Below are positions 46,438 to 55,201 of a stretch of 55,201 nucleotides of DNA, one piece after another (the first letter of the stretch is position 1; each line of letters starts with the position of its first letter). Under the pieces are notes generated by a model, which had not been told where the DNA came from, did not search any database, and was given only the letters and a program-made list of their open reading frames with translations. A program made the translations under genes and the position numbers. The DNA is taken from positions 62,001-117,201 of IMG/VR virus record IMGVR_UViG_3300021961_000033; one strand, written 5' to 3'. The DNA comes from an uncultured virus (IMG/VR IMGVR_UViG_3300021961_000033) (lineage: Duplodnaviria > Heunggongvirae > Uroviricota > Caudoviricetes).

Positions 46438-47160
46438 TTACAAATCGTAATATGATAAGATTTGCCTAGCTAATGGCAATTCTTCATTGAAACAGTAAAG
46501 GCCTTTAACTGTTACTATTTCAATATGATATTCAGTCAAGGTATCGATAGTCAAAAAATTTGCAAGTTTGCTGGAAAATAGTCCATCTAAATACTCGGAC
46601 CTATCATTATTTCCCTTATGCCACAATTCACATTGTTGAAGTCTTAAAAATGGCTGAAGTCCCAGATTGTACAAAGTTTCTCGGCTCATGTATACGTCTG
46701 GAAGTTCCCAATCATCTAATATAAGTACTCCGGTGTCTTCAAGCATTGGCACACAGTTTTTAATATCAGATAATACAAACTCACTAGTATGGTCGCCGTC
46801 TATAAGTATTAAATCAAATTTGCCAAGTTGTGTGAAGTCGAAAGTTGTACTATCGTGTAAATAATTTACTCTTTTACAGGCAGGATAAAGTGATGCAAAC
46901 AACTCTAACTGAAGTTTGATATCTATTCCTGTAATATTAATGCCTGGATTGGATTCATAAACTAGGCCAGAAGTTAGTCCTTGATGTATTCCTATTTCCA
47001 AATAATTTTTAAACTTAAAATTTAAAAATAAATCGTATAGTAAAACTGCATCTGTAGAACACCTCATCCTACTACTGCCAACTTGTGCATCAAAACTTTC
47101 ATAATTTTGCCAAAATGTAGTATTACTAAATTTTAACATCATTGATGTCTTTCTTTTCAA
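46438..47160 (-). CDS. Class I SAM-dependent methyltransferase (Methyltransf_24-like)
   Basis: YLEIGIHQGLT, ITGID, FDLILIDGDHT, GVLILDD; true start may be ATG 47142 or 47139. Confidence 0.8.
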   Translation of the reverse strand: MKRKTSMMLKFSNTTFWQNYESFDAQVGSSRMRCSTDAVLLYDLFLNFKFKNYLEIGIHQGLTSGLVYESNPGINITGIDIKLQLELFASLYPACKRVNYLHDSTTFDFTQLGKFDLILIDGDHTSEFVLSDIKNCVPMLEDTGVLILDDWELPDVYMSRETLYNLGLQPFLRLQQCELWHKGNNDRSEYLDGLFSSKLANFLTIDTLTEYHIEIVTVKGLYCFNEELPLARQILSYYDL

Positions 47161-47184
47161 CTAATTTGAGCATGTTTTATTATA

Positions 47185-48198
47185 CTACAAGTTTTGGTAG
47201 ATATCCAACATTAAATTTTTATCGTATTGTGCACTGTCTAACTGTGTTAAGTGACTGGTTACAATACTATCTACGCTCTCAAAATTAACTTCACCCTCAA
47301 AGGATTGTGCATGCTCTTCATCGCTTACACGTGGGATCAAACTTAGTTCACGTAGGTTAAATTCAGGCATAAACTGTTCTTTGATAAAGTTTGCTTCTTC
47401 ATAACTAATATCAATATCCAGTTCTACTCTACAATACATGTCTGACTTTAGTTTTGCTTCTGGATTGTCCAGTATCTCACTAAGCAGGTAACGTCTGTAC
47501 TTGGGTGCATCTGTCCAGGCAATGTATTCAGGATCCTTGCCCCAGTCCAGTATCATAACACCACGGTCATCATCGCCGGCATCAGCATAGTTGTGTGGGA
47601 ACGCATTGCCAATATATGTGATGTTTTTGTGATTTTGCCTCTTGTGGAAGTGTCCAGTAAACACGGTTTCACTCTTGAGGTCTTCACGCTTTAGTTCACC
47701 AACATCAGGCATACGCACCATAGCGTTCATATAGAAGTTAGGAAGTTCCAGATGCCCAAACATATACTTTGCTTCAATCTTGGGAACCTGTGCAAACTCC
47801 TTGCCAACCAGCCAGGGCATAACACAAACATCTCCTTCCTGGGTAATATCGTCAAACAACCTTACATTGTCCCACTTCTTGGCCCAGATAACACTGTTCA
47901 TTTCTCGTGTGTCACGATAATGCTCATCATGATTGCCAGGTAGGAATACTACCTGTGCAAAGTTTTCACTGAGCATATCAAATGCACGAACACTATAGTT
48001 TAAGGTGCTTATGTTTAGACTTGCACGATTGTGATGCCAGTCTCCTAAAAACACACAGGTCTCACACTCTCTAGCCTTTGCTGTTTTGATAACAAAGTCT
48101 ATAAAATTTAAGCAGTCCTGGTTATGTGTTCTTGAGTTTGACTTTAATCCAAAGTGTATGTCCGTAAAGAATATTGCACGTTTGAATAAATTTGTCAT
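47185..48198 (-). CDS. gp47: Recombination nuclease subunit (gp47 / SbcD / Mre11-like)
   Basis: FTDIHFG, FLGDWHH, PGNHD, FGHLE, TGHFH metallophosphoesterase motifs. Confidence 0.95.
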   Translation of the reverse strand: MTNLFKRAIFFTDIHFGLKSNSRTHNQDCLNFIDFVIKTAKARECETCVFLGDWHHNRASLNISTLNYSVRAFDMLSENFAQVVFLPGNHDEHYRDTREMNSVIWAKKWDNVRLFDDITQEGDVCVMPWLVGKEFAQVPKIEAKYMFGHLELPNFYMNAMVRMPDVGELKREDLKSETVFTGHFHKRQNHKNITYIGNAFPHNYADAGDDDRGVMILDWGKDPEYIAWTDAPKYRRYLLSEILDNPEAKLKSDMYCRVELDIDISYEEANFIKEQFMPEFNLRELSLIPRVSDEEHAQSFEGEVNFESVDSIVTSHLTQLDSAQYDKNLMLDIYQNL

Positions 48199-49010
48199 GC
48201 TTCCTCTGCTTGCGCTAAGATGTATTCCTGATTTTCATTCTGTCTGGTATAGCTAGGCGTTAAGCCATTTGCTTCCAGTATGTCGTCTCTTACTTTCTGG
48301 CCCTTTTTCTCTGTGTTTAACACACGAGTAAAACTGTTTGTTATAACTGCGGTATAGTATGCGAATGGGTTTTGACTCTTGCTTTCGTCAAACTTCAAGC
48401 ACATCTGGCTCATGTTTAACAGTGCAGTGCCCTGCATTTCATCGTTGTAGGTGTAGTAACGCCAGTTACTACGTTGGGCATATCTCTCAATTAACTTCAT
48501 AAACTGTCTGACTAACTTGTTAGTAAGTTGGCCATGATCCTTGTTAAACCAACCATTGTCCAGTCCACCTTCCCAGTGGCTTTTTCCTACACAAATGAGT
48601 TCATCTGCTTCAGTAAATGCCCAGTGCTGGAACGGTGGAAAGTTTAGTTGTATATGTGAGTCAGCAACAGTCTTAATGGTCTTTTTGCGACCAGGCTGTA
48701 GTGGAACATGATCATAAGTCATAATCCTAAACACTAGATCAGTCTTGGGAATAGTCTTCCAATTAACGGCAAAATCTGCCTGTTTAACTTTCTGACCTTC
48801 GTTATATGCTTGCTCATATGCTTGTTTTGCTAGTCTATCAGCACGATTTCTTTTTGCTTGTGCTATTGTTCTAATATTAATCTTGTCTACATTAGTTAGA
48901 ATAATATCAAATTGTTGATAGCTTTCATTGATAAAACTACAAAATGTGCTTTTGCTCTTGTGGATTTCTATTAATAAGTCATGATTGCTTAAATAATTGC
49001 GTTTACGCAT
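48195..49010 (-). CDS. gp55: Late-transcription sigma factor (gp55-like)
   Basis: NYLSN.DLL.EI, RSNWRYYTYNDEM, KFDESKSQNPFAYYT....NSF.RVL..EKK; upstream of gp47/gp46 as in T4-like phages. Confidence 0.85.
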   Translation of the reverse strand: MRKRNYLSNHDLLIEIHKSKSTFCSFINESYQQFDIILTNVDKINIRTIAQAKRNRADRLAKQAYEQAYNEGQKVKQADFAVNWKTIPKTDLVFRIMTYDHVPLQPGRKKTIKTVADSHIQLNFPPFQHWAFTEADELICVGKSHWEGGLDNGWFNKDHGQLTNKLVRQFMKLIERYAQRSNWRYYTYNDEMQGTALLNMSQMCLKFDESKSQNPFAYYTAVITNSFTRVLNTEKKGQKVRDDILEANGLTPSYTRQNENQEYILAQAEEA

Positions 49011-49036
49011 ACTCTGTCCTTGTTTAATATACTACT

Positions 49037-49065
49037 ATTATACAACAAATAAATACAAATAGCAA
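49037..49065 (-). promoter_or_regulatory. Sigma70-like promoter of the gp55-gp47-gp46 operon, overlapping a divergent late promoter
   Basis: TTGCTA-17nt-TATAAT on minus strand; ATAAATA on plus strand at 49049-49055 lies in its spacer. Confidence 0.55.
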
Positions 49066-49085
49066 ATTGTGAGTATCTTATATTT

Positions 49086-49943
49086 ATGGCACTAGACTTT
49101 ACAAATTTGACCGGTCAGGTACAGAATGCAACGCAGGACATTGTTAACACTGGACTTAACAAAATAATTCCAGGTGATGGAACTGTGAGCCAAATTGCTA
49201 GAGGATTTTTGGGAGCCCAGGCCAATAGACTAATTAATAATGCTCTTTTTCCTGGCGCAGCAAACAGTGATTTTAACATAGACTTTTCTCAGGCTACATT
49301 TGATGGTGAAAAGGATATTCGTGCTAGACTTGCATTAAGTCCTGGTTTATCCGGTAAGTTTTATAGAGATCCTAGCAATACATTACTTGCTCCTTTAAGA
49401 GCAACAGATGGCGTTATTTGGCCATATACACCAAGTATTAACGTAACTTATAGCGCAAACTATACTTCTAACCAAGTTAGTCATGCTAACTATCATAGTC
49501 AAAGTTATGCGATGAGTAGTGTTGATACTATCCAATGTGCAGGTACCTTTACCGCTAATACACCACAAGAAGCACAATATGTCCTTGCAGTTATTAATTT
49601 TTTAAGAGCTGTTACAAAAATGTTTTATGGACAAGACCAAAACAGAGGCACGCCGCCCCCTGTTTTACGATTTAGTGCACATGGTCCACATATGTTCCAC
49701 AGTGTACCTGTTGTTTTAGCTAGTATCAACCAGGATTTCGATCCTACAGTGGATTATATAGATGCTAGAGCTGGTAGTGGCGGTGGTGGCATTAATGCTA
49801 CAACTAGAGTGCCTACCAGCATACTAGTAACAGTACAACTATTACCAGTAATCAGCAGAAAAAGGATGCTGGAATTTGGATTGGACGATTATGCTGCTGG
49901 TGCACTAATTGGATCCAAATCAGGACCAGGAACTTTACCATAA
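49086..49943 (+). CDS. Baseplate / tail-tube initiator protein (gp48/gp54-like)
   Basis: GVIWPYTPSI..TYSANY, GTPPPVLRFSAHG..MF..VPVV; first gene of the baseplate operon. Confidence 0.6.
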   Translation: MALDFTNLTGQVQNATQDIVNTGLNKIIPGDGTVSQIARGFLGAQANRLINNALFPGAANSDFNIDFSQATFDGEKDIRARLALSPGLSGKFYRDPSNTLLAPLRATDGVIWPYTPSINVTYSANYTSNQVSHANYHSQSYAMSSVDTIQCAGTFTANTPQEAQYVLAVINFLRAVTKMFYGQDQNRGTPPPVLRFSAHGPHMFHSVPVVLASINQDFDPTVDYIDARAGSGGGGINATTRVPTSILVTVQLLPVISRKRMLEFGLDDYAAGALIGSKSGPGTLP

Positions 49944-50245
49944 TGGCAGTAGAATATAGACAAGATAGCCCTTATGGCGTTACAGATATGTTTGGAAATT
50001 TCCTAGACATCTACACTCATCGCAGCATTCCTTACAAGCAAGATGATGTACTGTTTACTATAACTTCTACATATCAGTATAGACCAGATCTGCTTGCTTA
50101 TGACTTGTATAACAATCCTAATCTATGGTGGGTGTTTATGGTTAGAAATCCTAACGCAATGCAAGACCCAATCTGGGACTTCAAGGTTGGAACACAAATC
50201 TATCTTCCTAAACAGGCTACATTAAATTCCGTGTTGGGAGTTTAA
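49943..50245 (+). CDS. gp53: Baseplate wedge protein (gp53-like, LysM-related)
   Basis: YQYRPDLLAYDLYNNPNLWWVF..RNP....DPIWDFKVG..IYLP. Confidence 0.85.
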   Translation: MAVEYRQDSPYGVTDMFGNFLDIYTHRSIPYKQDDVLFTITSTYQYRPDLLAYDLYNNPNLWWVFMVRNPNAMQDPIWDFKVGTQIYLPKQATLNSVLGV

Positions 50246-50246
50246 C

Positions 50247-53030
50247 ATGGCACAACTTAATTTTGGAGGAAAAGAATTTGTAGGTGGTCCAGGAGTTCTT
50301 TCTCTCGAGGATGATTTTAAATTAGGTAGTTTAAGTAATCTGGAATCCTATGTTTATGAAATAAACCGTGTTAGAGCATTTTTACTCAATTTACAAGCAA
50401 ACGGAGAAGTGTTTGAGCCTGTAGAAATACTACAAAACCCTGCAACTACACCAGCGCCACTTGCAATAACAGTAACTCCGCCAGTAACGGGTGCTGGAGG
50501 AACCGGAACTGTTGGCACAAATGTTACTGCTGGGCCAGCTGGTGAAGTTTTGCCAAACACTACTGGCGGTACAGCACAACCCAGTTCTGTTCCAACTGCA
50601 ACACCAAGTCAAGTAGGCACTGCTACAGTTAGTAGTACAGAGCCCGGAGCTGGCCCTGCTCAATCTGCTGTTGTGCCAGGTACGACTATAACATCCAACG
50701 CAGGCACAAACAGTGACATAGGCGCAGGCGAAGATTCACAAGTCGCTGCACCATCAGCAGCACCAAATACTGTTCAAGCACAGGGAAATGCTTTGCCTGC
50801 TAATGCTCAAGGTACCAATTCAGGTCTTACTAGTGATATTGACAATATTACAATAGAGCCTAGGTTAAATCAACTTAGTGACTTTGCATCCTTTACATAT
50901 AACATTGAACTTTTTTTATTAAGTCCTAAAAGATATGTTTCAGTTCTGCAATCTCCACAAGATGTAAGTAGTATACTTGCTAATCATGCAGTACCTGTAG
51001 TAAGAAGTGGTGGCTTAGGACCAGATATATCGGAAGATTTTAATCTAGATTTTTTTATAGATAACCTAAATATTACTAATTTAGCAACAGGTCCTAGTCA
51101 AAGGTCAACCAATACTAATGCTATAGAAGTTACCTTTGAAATACGAGAACCCAATGGTGTAACTCTGTTAGAAAGATTAAAAAATGCAGCAACAACTGCA
51201 TTAGAAGAAAAAGAAAATTATATTAACGCACCCTATATGTTAAGGCTCACATTTAAAGGTTATGACGATACAGGAGCAGAAATAGTAGGTGCTATAAAAC
51301 CCAAGCACATTCCTATTAAGATTACTAGACTAAGATTTAATGTAACTGAGAGCGGGTCAACTTATTATTGCAAAGCAATACCCTATCATCATGATGTGTT
51401 TAACAGTATTAGCGGTACTATCCCAGTAACAGTACAGGTTAGTGCTGGTACAGTTAAAGATGTTTTTACTGGAGCAGCAAGTGTTCAGAAGCAGGTAACT
51501 GAACAAAAAACTGTAACTGATGAACTTTCTGGCCAGTCTGGTCAAGTTGCTGCACAAAAAACAGTCTTTGGAGAAGCTAACACCACTCTCCAAGATGCAA
51601 TGAACAATTTTTACAAAGAAAAAACAAAACCTATCAAAGACGAAAAAACAGGACAAACATCTCCTGCGTCGGCTAATATTGAGGAAAAAATTAGTTTTGA
51701 ATTTGCACCTGAAATTGGCAATTCTAAAGTGCAATCAGAAAAATTCGACGCTCTTAACACCCCACAAGCAAATGAAAAGGCTTATAAAACTATTGCTGGT
51801 GCAGTGCAGGGAAAAGTTTCTGTAGATAAAAATAACAATTTGTTTAAAATTAATGCTGGCACTAGTATAACTAGTCTAATTAATTATGTTATTGTTGCTA
51901 GTAATTATATAGATGGAAATTTAATTAATCAAGAATCAAGTGAAGGTACTGGTGCAACAAGTGAAGGTTTAAAGTGGTTTAAAATTATTCCAGAAATTAC
52001 TGAGTTTATTGGTTGGGACTCTAAAGATGGCAGATACAAATTTCATGTAAAATATAATGTAATTTTAAATACAGTACACTATGAAGACTTTCCCTGGGCT
52101 AAAAAATCTGCACCTAAAGGCTCTGGTGTACATAAAGTTTACAATTACATCTTTAGTGGAGAAAATACTGAAGTTCAGAGACTTAAACTTGACTTTAATG
52201 CTGCATATTATGACAGGAGAACGCTGGGAACAGGAACACCGGACAGTGCTGATGAGAAAAATGTTGAGGATATACATGCTCAGATAAAGGATGTATCAAC
52301 TCAAGATCAGGGCATTGTCAATGATGAAACTGTAGACAACAAAAGAAAGAAAGATTTCTTTAGTACTGTTATGCATAGTGGTATTGATCTAGTAAACATT
52401 GAACTGGATATACTTGGAGATCCAGCATATTTTCCAAGTGCAGATACTCTTTATCAACCACAAGGCAACGGAGGAAAGGTGTTTAATACTCCCTTTATGC
52501 CGGACGGAACAATTAATTACGATTTAACTCCGCCTTACATACAGATTAATTTAAAAACACCTACAGATTATGACCCTGTAACAGGCTTAATGGATTTGAC
52601 TAAAGATGAAAAATATAGTAGTAGTCAGTTTAATGGTGTGTATAGAGTATTGCGTGTAAAGTCTAGTTTCCAGGGCGGAGTATTTACTCAAGTATTATCT
52701 GCTTTCCGCACCAAAATGCAGCCTGTAAAAGGCAGAGTTGGGCGTAATGAAACTAGTGTAGCTGCTATGGAAAGAAAATTTGGAATAGACACTTTTAGTG
52801 ATGCATTCCAACAAATAAGTGCTGGTAAAGATCCGCTTTCCGTAATTAAACGCACAGGCGTTGCAAATGTTTTAAATGGTTCTGATGCAGGCGCACTAGC
52901 TAATAAATTTGAATCTATTGCAAACACTAATAGTCCACAACAGTTGACTCAAAATGTTGTACAAACATTTCAAGAGGAAGCACCTGCTAGTGTTTTTAAT
53001 AGATTAGATGTAACAAGTTTATTTAAATAA
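50247..53030 (+). CDS. Baseplate hub-like protein (gp27/VgrG N-part position) with low-complexity Pro/Thr/Ala N-terminal linker
   Basis: FEIREPNGVTLLERL, IELDILGDPAY, FNGVYRVLRVKSSFQGGVFTQ.L; between gp53-like and gp5-like genes. Confidence 0.6.
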   Translation: MAQLNFGGKEFVGGPGVLSLEDDFKLGSLSNLESYVYEINRVRAFLLNLQANGEVFEPVEILQNPATTPAPLAITVTPPVTGAGGTGTVGTNVTAGPAGEVLPNTTGGTAQPSSVPTATPSQVGTATVSSTEPGAGPAQSAVVPGTTITSNAGTNSDIGAGEDSQVAAPSAAPNTVQAQGNALPANAQGTNSGLTSDIDNITIEPRLNQLSDFASFTYNIELFLLSPKRYVSVLQSPQDVSSILANHAVPVVRSGGLGPDISEDFNLDFFIDNLNITNLATGPSQRSTNTNAIEVTFEIREPNGVTLLERLKNAATTALEEKENYINAPYMLRLTFKGYDDTGAEIVGAIKPKHIPIKITRLRFNVTESGSTYYCKAIPYHHDVFNSISGTIPVTVQVSAGTVKDVFTGAASVQKQVTEQKTVTDELSGQSGQVAAQKTVFGEANTTLQDAMNNFYKEKTKPIKDEKTGQTSPASANIEEKISFEFAPEIGNSKVQSEKFDALNTPQANEKAYKTIAGAVQGKVSVDKNNNLFKINAGTSITSLINYVIVASNYIDGNLINQESSEGTGATSEGLKWFKIIPEITEFIGWDSKDGRYKFHVKYNVILNTVHYEDFPWAKKSAPKGSGVHKVYNYIFSGENTEVQRLKLDFNAAYYDRRTLGTGTPDSADEKNVEDIHAQIKDVSTQDQGIVNDETVDNKRKKDFFSTVMHSGIDLVNIELDILGDPAYFPSADTLYQPQGNGGKVFNTPFMPDGTINYDLTPPYIQINLKTPTDYDPVTGLMDLTKDEKYSSSQFNGVYRVLRVKSSFQGGVFTQVLSAFRTKMQPVKGRVGRNETSVAAMERKFGIDTFSDAFQQISAGKDPLSVIKRTGVANVLNGSDAGALANKFESIANTNSPQQLTQNVVQTFQEEAPASVFNRLDVTSLFK

Positions 53031-53046
53031 TTGTAAAGGATACTAA

Positions 53047-54660
53047 ATGGCTGGCCCAACTCAAGCAAGACAATATTCTAGTGGACGTAGCGGTGGTGAT
53101 GCTGATTACCAAACTGAGCGTGCCAAAGGAATAAGAGAAGAGCGTGGTATAGTATTAGGCATAGTTAAGACTAATGCCCATCCTAGTGCTATGGGTGTGC
53201 TGCAAGTATTTGTGCCAACCTTTGGAAATACTGGCACTCAGGATAGTAAAAGACTAGAGGACGATCCCACTAAGTGGCGTCAGGTTAGATACGCAACTCC
53301 TTTTTACAGTCGTACAGAATTACAAGGCAGTGGCAACAATGCTACAAGTGTTAAAAACACAGGTGGTATAATTTATCCCTGTCCTGATGTTGGCACTAGT
53401 GTTCTTTGCTTTTTCCCAGAAGGCAGAAACCAGGATGGCTTCTGGTTTGCATGTGCTCCAGATGTATATATGATGCAAACACTTCCTGAGAGTGCAATGA
53501 CCAGTAATTTTGAAAAAGCTGGCACAGAGGTTTTAGTAAGACATAACAAAGCACCAGGCCTAGAATTTAACGATAAAGACAACGATGTAAACAAACTAAC
53601 TAATTTTAACAAAGTACAGCGTGGGGTAGACGTAGATCGAGCAATACAATTAAAAGTACAAGGCCTAGATCAAGACGAAGTGCGTGGCTTAACTAGCAGT
53701 AACGCAATGCGTGAAACACCTACGGAAGTTTTTGGTATTAGTACTAAAGGTAGAAAAACAGACAAAGACGGTGTTGATATTAAGGACAGACCTGATATAA
53801 TAGGCAAACTAGCCAGTGGTGACGATTTGTCTAACGCAGATGCTCGAGCAGTAGAAGGCAAAATAGCACGAAAGCATGGCCATGCCTTTGTGATGGATGA
53901 TGGCGATTTAGAAGGCAATAACAATCTTGTGCGTTTGCGTAGTGCCGCCGGACATCAAGTATTACTACACGACACTGAAGGTGTAATTTATATTAGTAAT
54001 AGTCAGGGCAATGTTTGGGTACAGATAGACAGCAATGGCCAACTGGACATATACAGTCAAACCAACATTAATTTGCGTAGCAATAGCATGAATTTTCATG
54101 CAGATGAAAGTATAAAGTTTCATGCTGGCGAGCAAATACAGATGGTTAGTGGCGGAAGTTTAATACTAGAAGGCAAAAAACTCGCAAATATGTACAGCGA
54201 TGGCGATAGTATGATTTATGGTGGTAAGAGTATTAATATTAAAAGCGACAGTGTTTTAAACATGTCAGGCAGTTCTAGCACTAATATACAATCCAGTGGC
54301 CCTATGAATCTACAAGCAAGTCTCATAAGTTTGAATGGCAGTGCGTCTCCTGCTAAAAAACAAAACAGTGTAAAAATTAAAAAGTTAAATGACGTTAAAA
54401 CAGATAACCTAGGGTTTTATGTAAAAGATAAAGATGCAATTAACACAACTGTAGATCGCGTGCCAACTCATGAACCTTACGATCAACATGGAAATGTTAC
54501 TCAGGCAACTATTTTAAGAACTGTTTCAGTAACTGATGTTCCTGATAGTGGCAATCTTAGTGTAGCAAAACCCAAGCAGCCAGTTAAGGTTAGCAGTCAG
54601 GGGTTAAGTGCAGTAAAAAGTAGAGTAAATAATTTTAGTGGTTCAAGTATATTCACTTAA
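53047..54660 (+). CDS. Baseplate central spike (gp5/VgrG-like OB fold plus beta-helix)
   Basis: G.LQVFVP, YATPFY, PDVGTSVLCFF, GHAFVMDDG...LVRLRSAAGHQVLLHD, beta-repeats, RVPTHEPY. Confidence 0.8.
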   Translation: MAGPTQARQYSSGRSGGDADYQTERAKGIREERGIVLGIVKTNAHPSAMGVLQVFVPTFGNTGTQDSKRLEDDPTKWRQVRYATPFYSRTELQGSGNNATSVKNTGGIIYPCPDVGTSVLCFFPEGRNQDGFWFACAPDVYMMQTLPESAMTSNFEKAGTEVLVRHNKAPGLEFNDKDNDVNKLTNFNKVQRGVDVDRAIQLKVQGLDQDEVRGLTSSNAMRETPTEVFGISTKGRKTDKDGVDIKDRPDIIGKLASGDDLSNADARAVEGKIARKHGHAFVMDDGDLEGNNNLVRLRSAAGHQVLLHDTEGVIYISNSQGNVWVQIDSNGQLDIYSQTNINLRSNSMNFHADESIKFHAGEQIQMVSGGSLILEGKKLANMYSDGDSMIYGGKSINIKSDSVLNMSGSSSTNIQSSGPMNLQASLISLNGSASPAKKQNSVKIKKLNDVKTDNLGFYVKDKDAINTTVDRVPTHEPYDQHGNVTQATILRTVSVTDVPDSGNLSVAKPKQPVKVSSQGLSAVKSRVNNFSGSSIFT

Positions 54661-54672
54661 AAGGATAAAATT

Positions 54673-55201
54673 ATGACAGTATCCATAGAAAAGTTACACG
54701 AGGAGACAGTAGCAGTAATAAAGACTGCCATTGTAGATCTTATTGGAAGTGCAGGCCAATCTAGATATCAACACCCAACAAGTAGAGCAATCGGAAAATA
54801 TGGTGCTAATATAAACATACTAAAGAAAAATGGATTTGTAAAATCCTATGCAGTGTTCAATGGAGAACTAGCAAACCCAAGAGTATGGACTGGGAAACTT
54901 AACATATTAAGCAGAGAAGACTTTTATGCAAATTCCCAAATTCAAGAAAATTTAAACACTGTAGAACTAAGAGATTTGTATGAAGAACTTAGTCTGAACG
55001 GCGGTATACAGCCAGACGATCCTGAAGCAGACATTGCAGGTTTACTGGTAGCAGCAAAAGGATTTGGAAGTCGCGCAGTGTTACAATTTAGACAGGGACA
55101 AAATATATCTCCTAGGCCTAGCATGGGCGTATATCAGACAACTAACGACACTGATATGACCAGCCAACTTATACCCTGGTTTCAAAAAGGATATAGCACT
55201 G
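54673..55201 (+). CDS. Partial ORF, possible lysozyme-fold protein, runs off the window
   Basis: Hand-translated MTVSIEKLHEE...AIGKYG...VWTGKLNILSREDFYANSQIQE...IAGLLVAAKGFG; AAGGA SD. Confidence 0.55.
   Translation, partial: MTVSIEKLHEETVAVIKTAIVDLIGSAGQSRYQHPTSRAIGKYGANINILKKNGFVKSYAVFNGELANPRVWTGKLNILSREDFYANSQIQENLNTVELRDLYEELSLNGGIQPDDPEADIAGLLVAAKGFGSRAVLQFRQGQNISPRPSMGVYQTTNDTDMTSQLIPWFQKGYST

Noticed and set aside
1..55201. Stop-codon reassignment
   Set aside because: Core genes are full length in the standard code, and TAA, TAG and TGA all occur as real stops

Overview
A 55 kb segment of a large T4-like myovirus genome (AT-rich, standard genetic code). It covers virion morphogenesis: tail tube and sheath, neck gp13/gp14/gp15-like genes, a ~21 kb block of modular Ser/Thr/Gly-rich fibre and baseplate proteins, major capsid, scaffold, prohead protease, portal, a tape-measure-like gene and baseplate hub/wedge/spike genes. 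It also holds the gp55 late sigma and gp47/gp46 recombination genes, a small sigma70-driven early gene island, and accessory enzymes (dNMP kinase, Nudix, HtrA protease, sulfotransferase-like, methyltransferase, two Maf/DUF115-like proteins). The strongest unexplained signal is a ~410 nt, densely base-paired non-coding element with a possible pseudoknot (43765-44174, minus strand). It begins directly after the stop codon of a stand-alone GIY-YIG nuclease that lacks a DNA-binding domain, making it a candidate nuclease-ncRNA system. Second is a likely programmed -1 frameshift joining the two chaperone-like ORFs next to the tape-measure gene. All product calls come from motif recognition by eye; no database searches were run.
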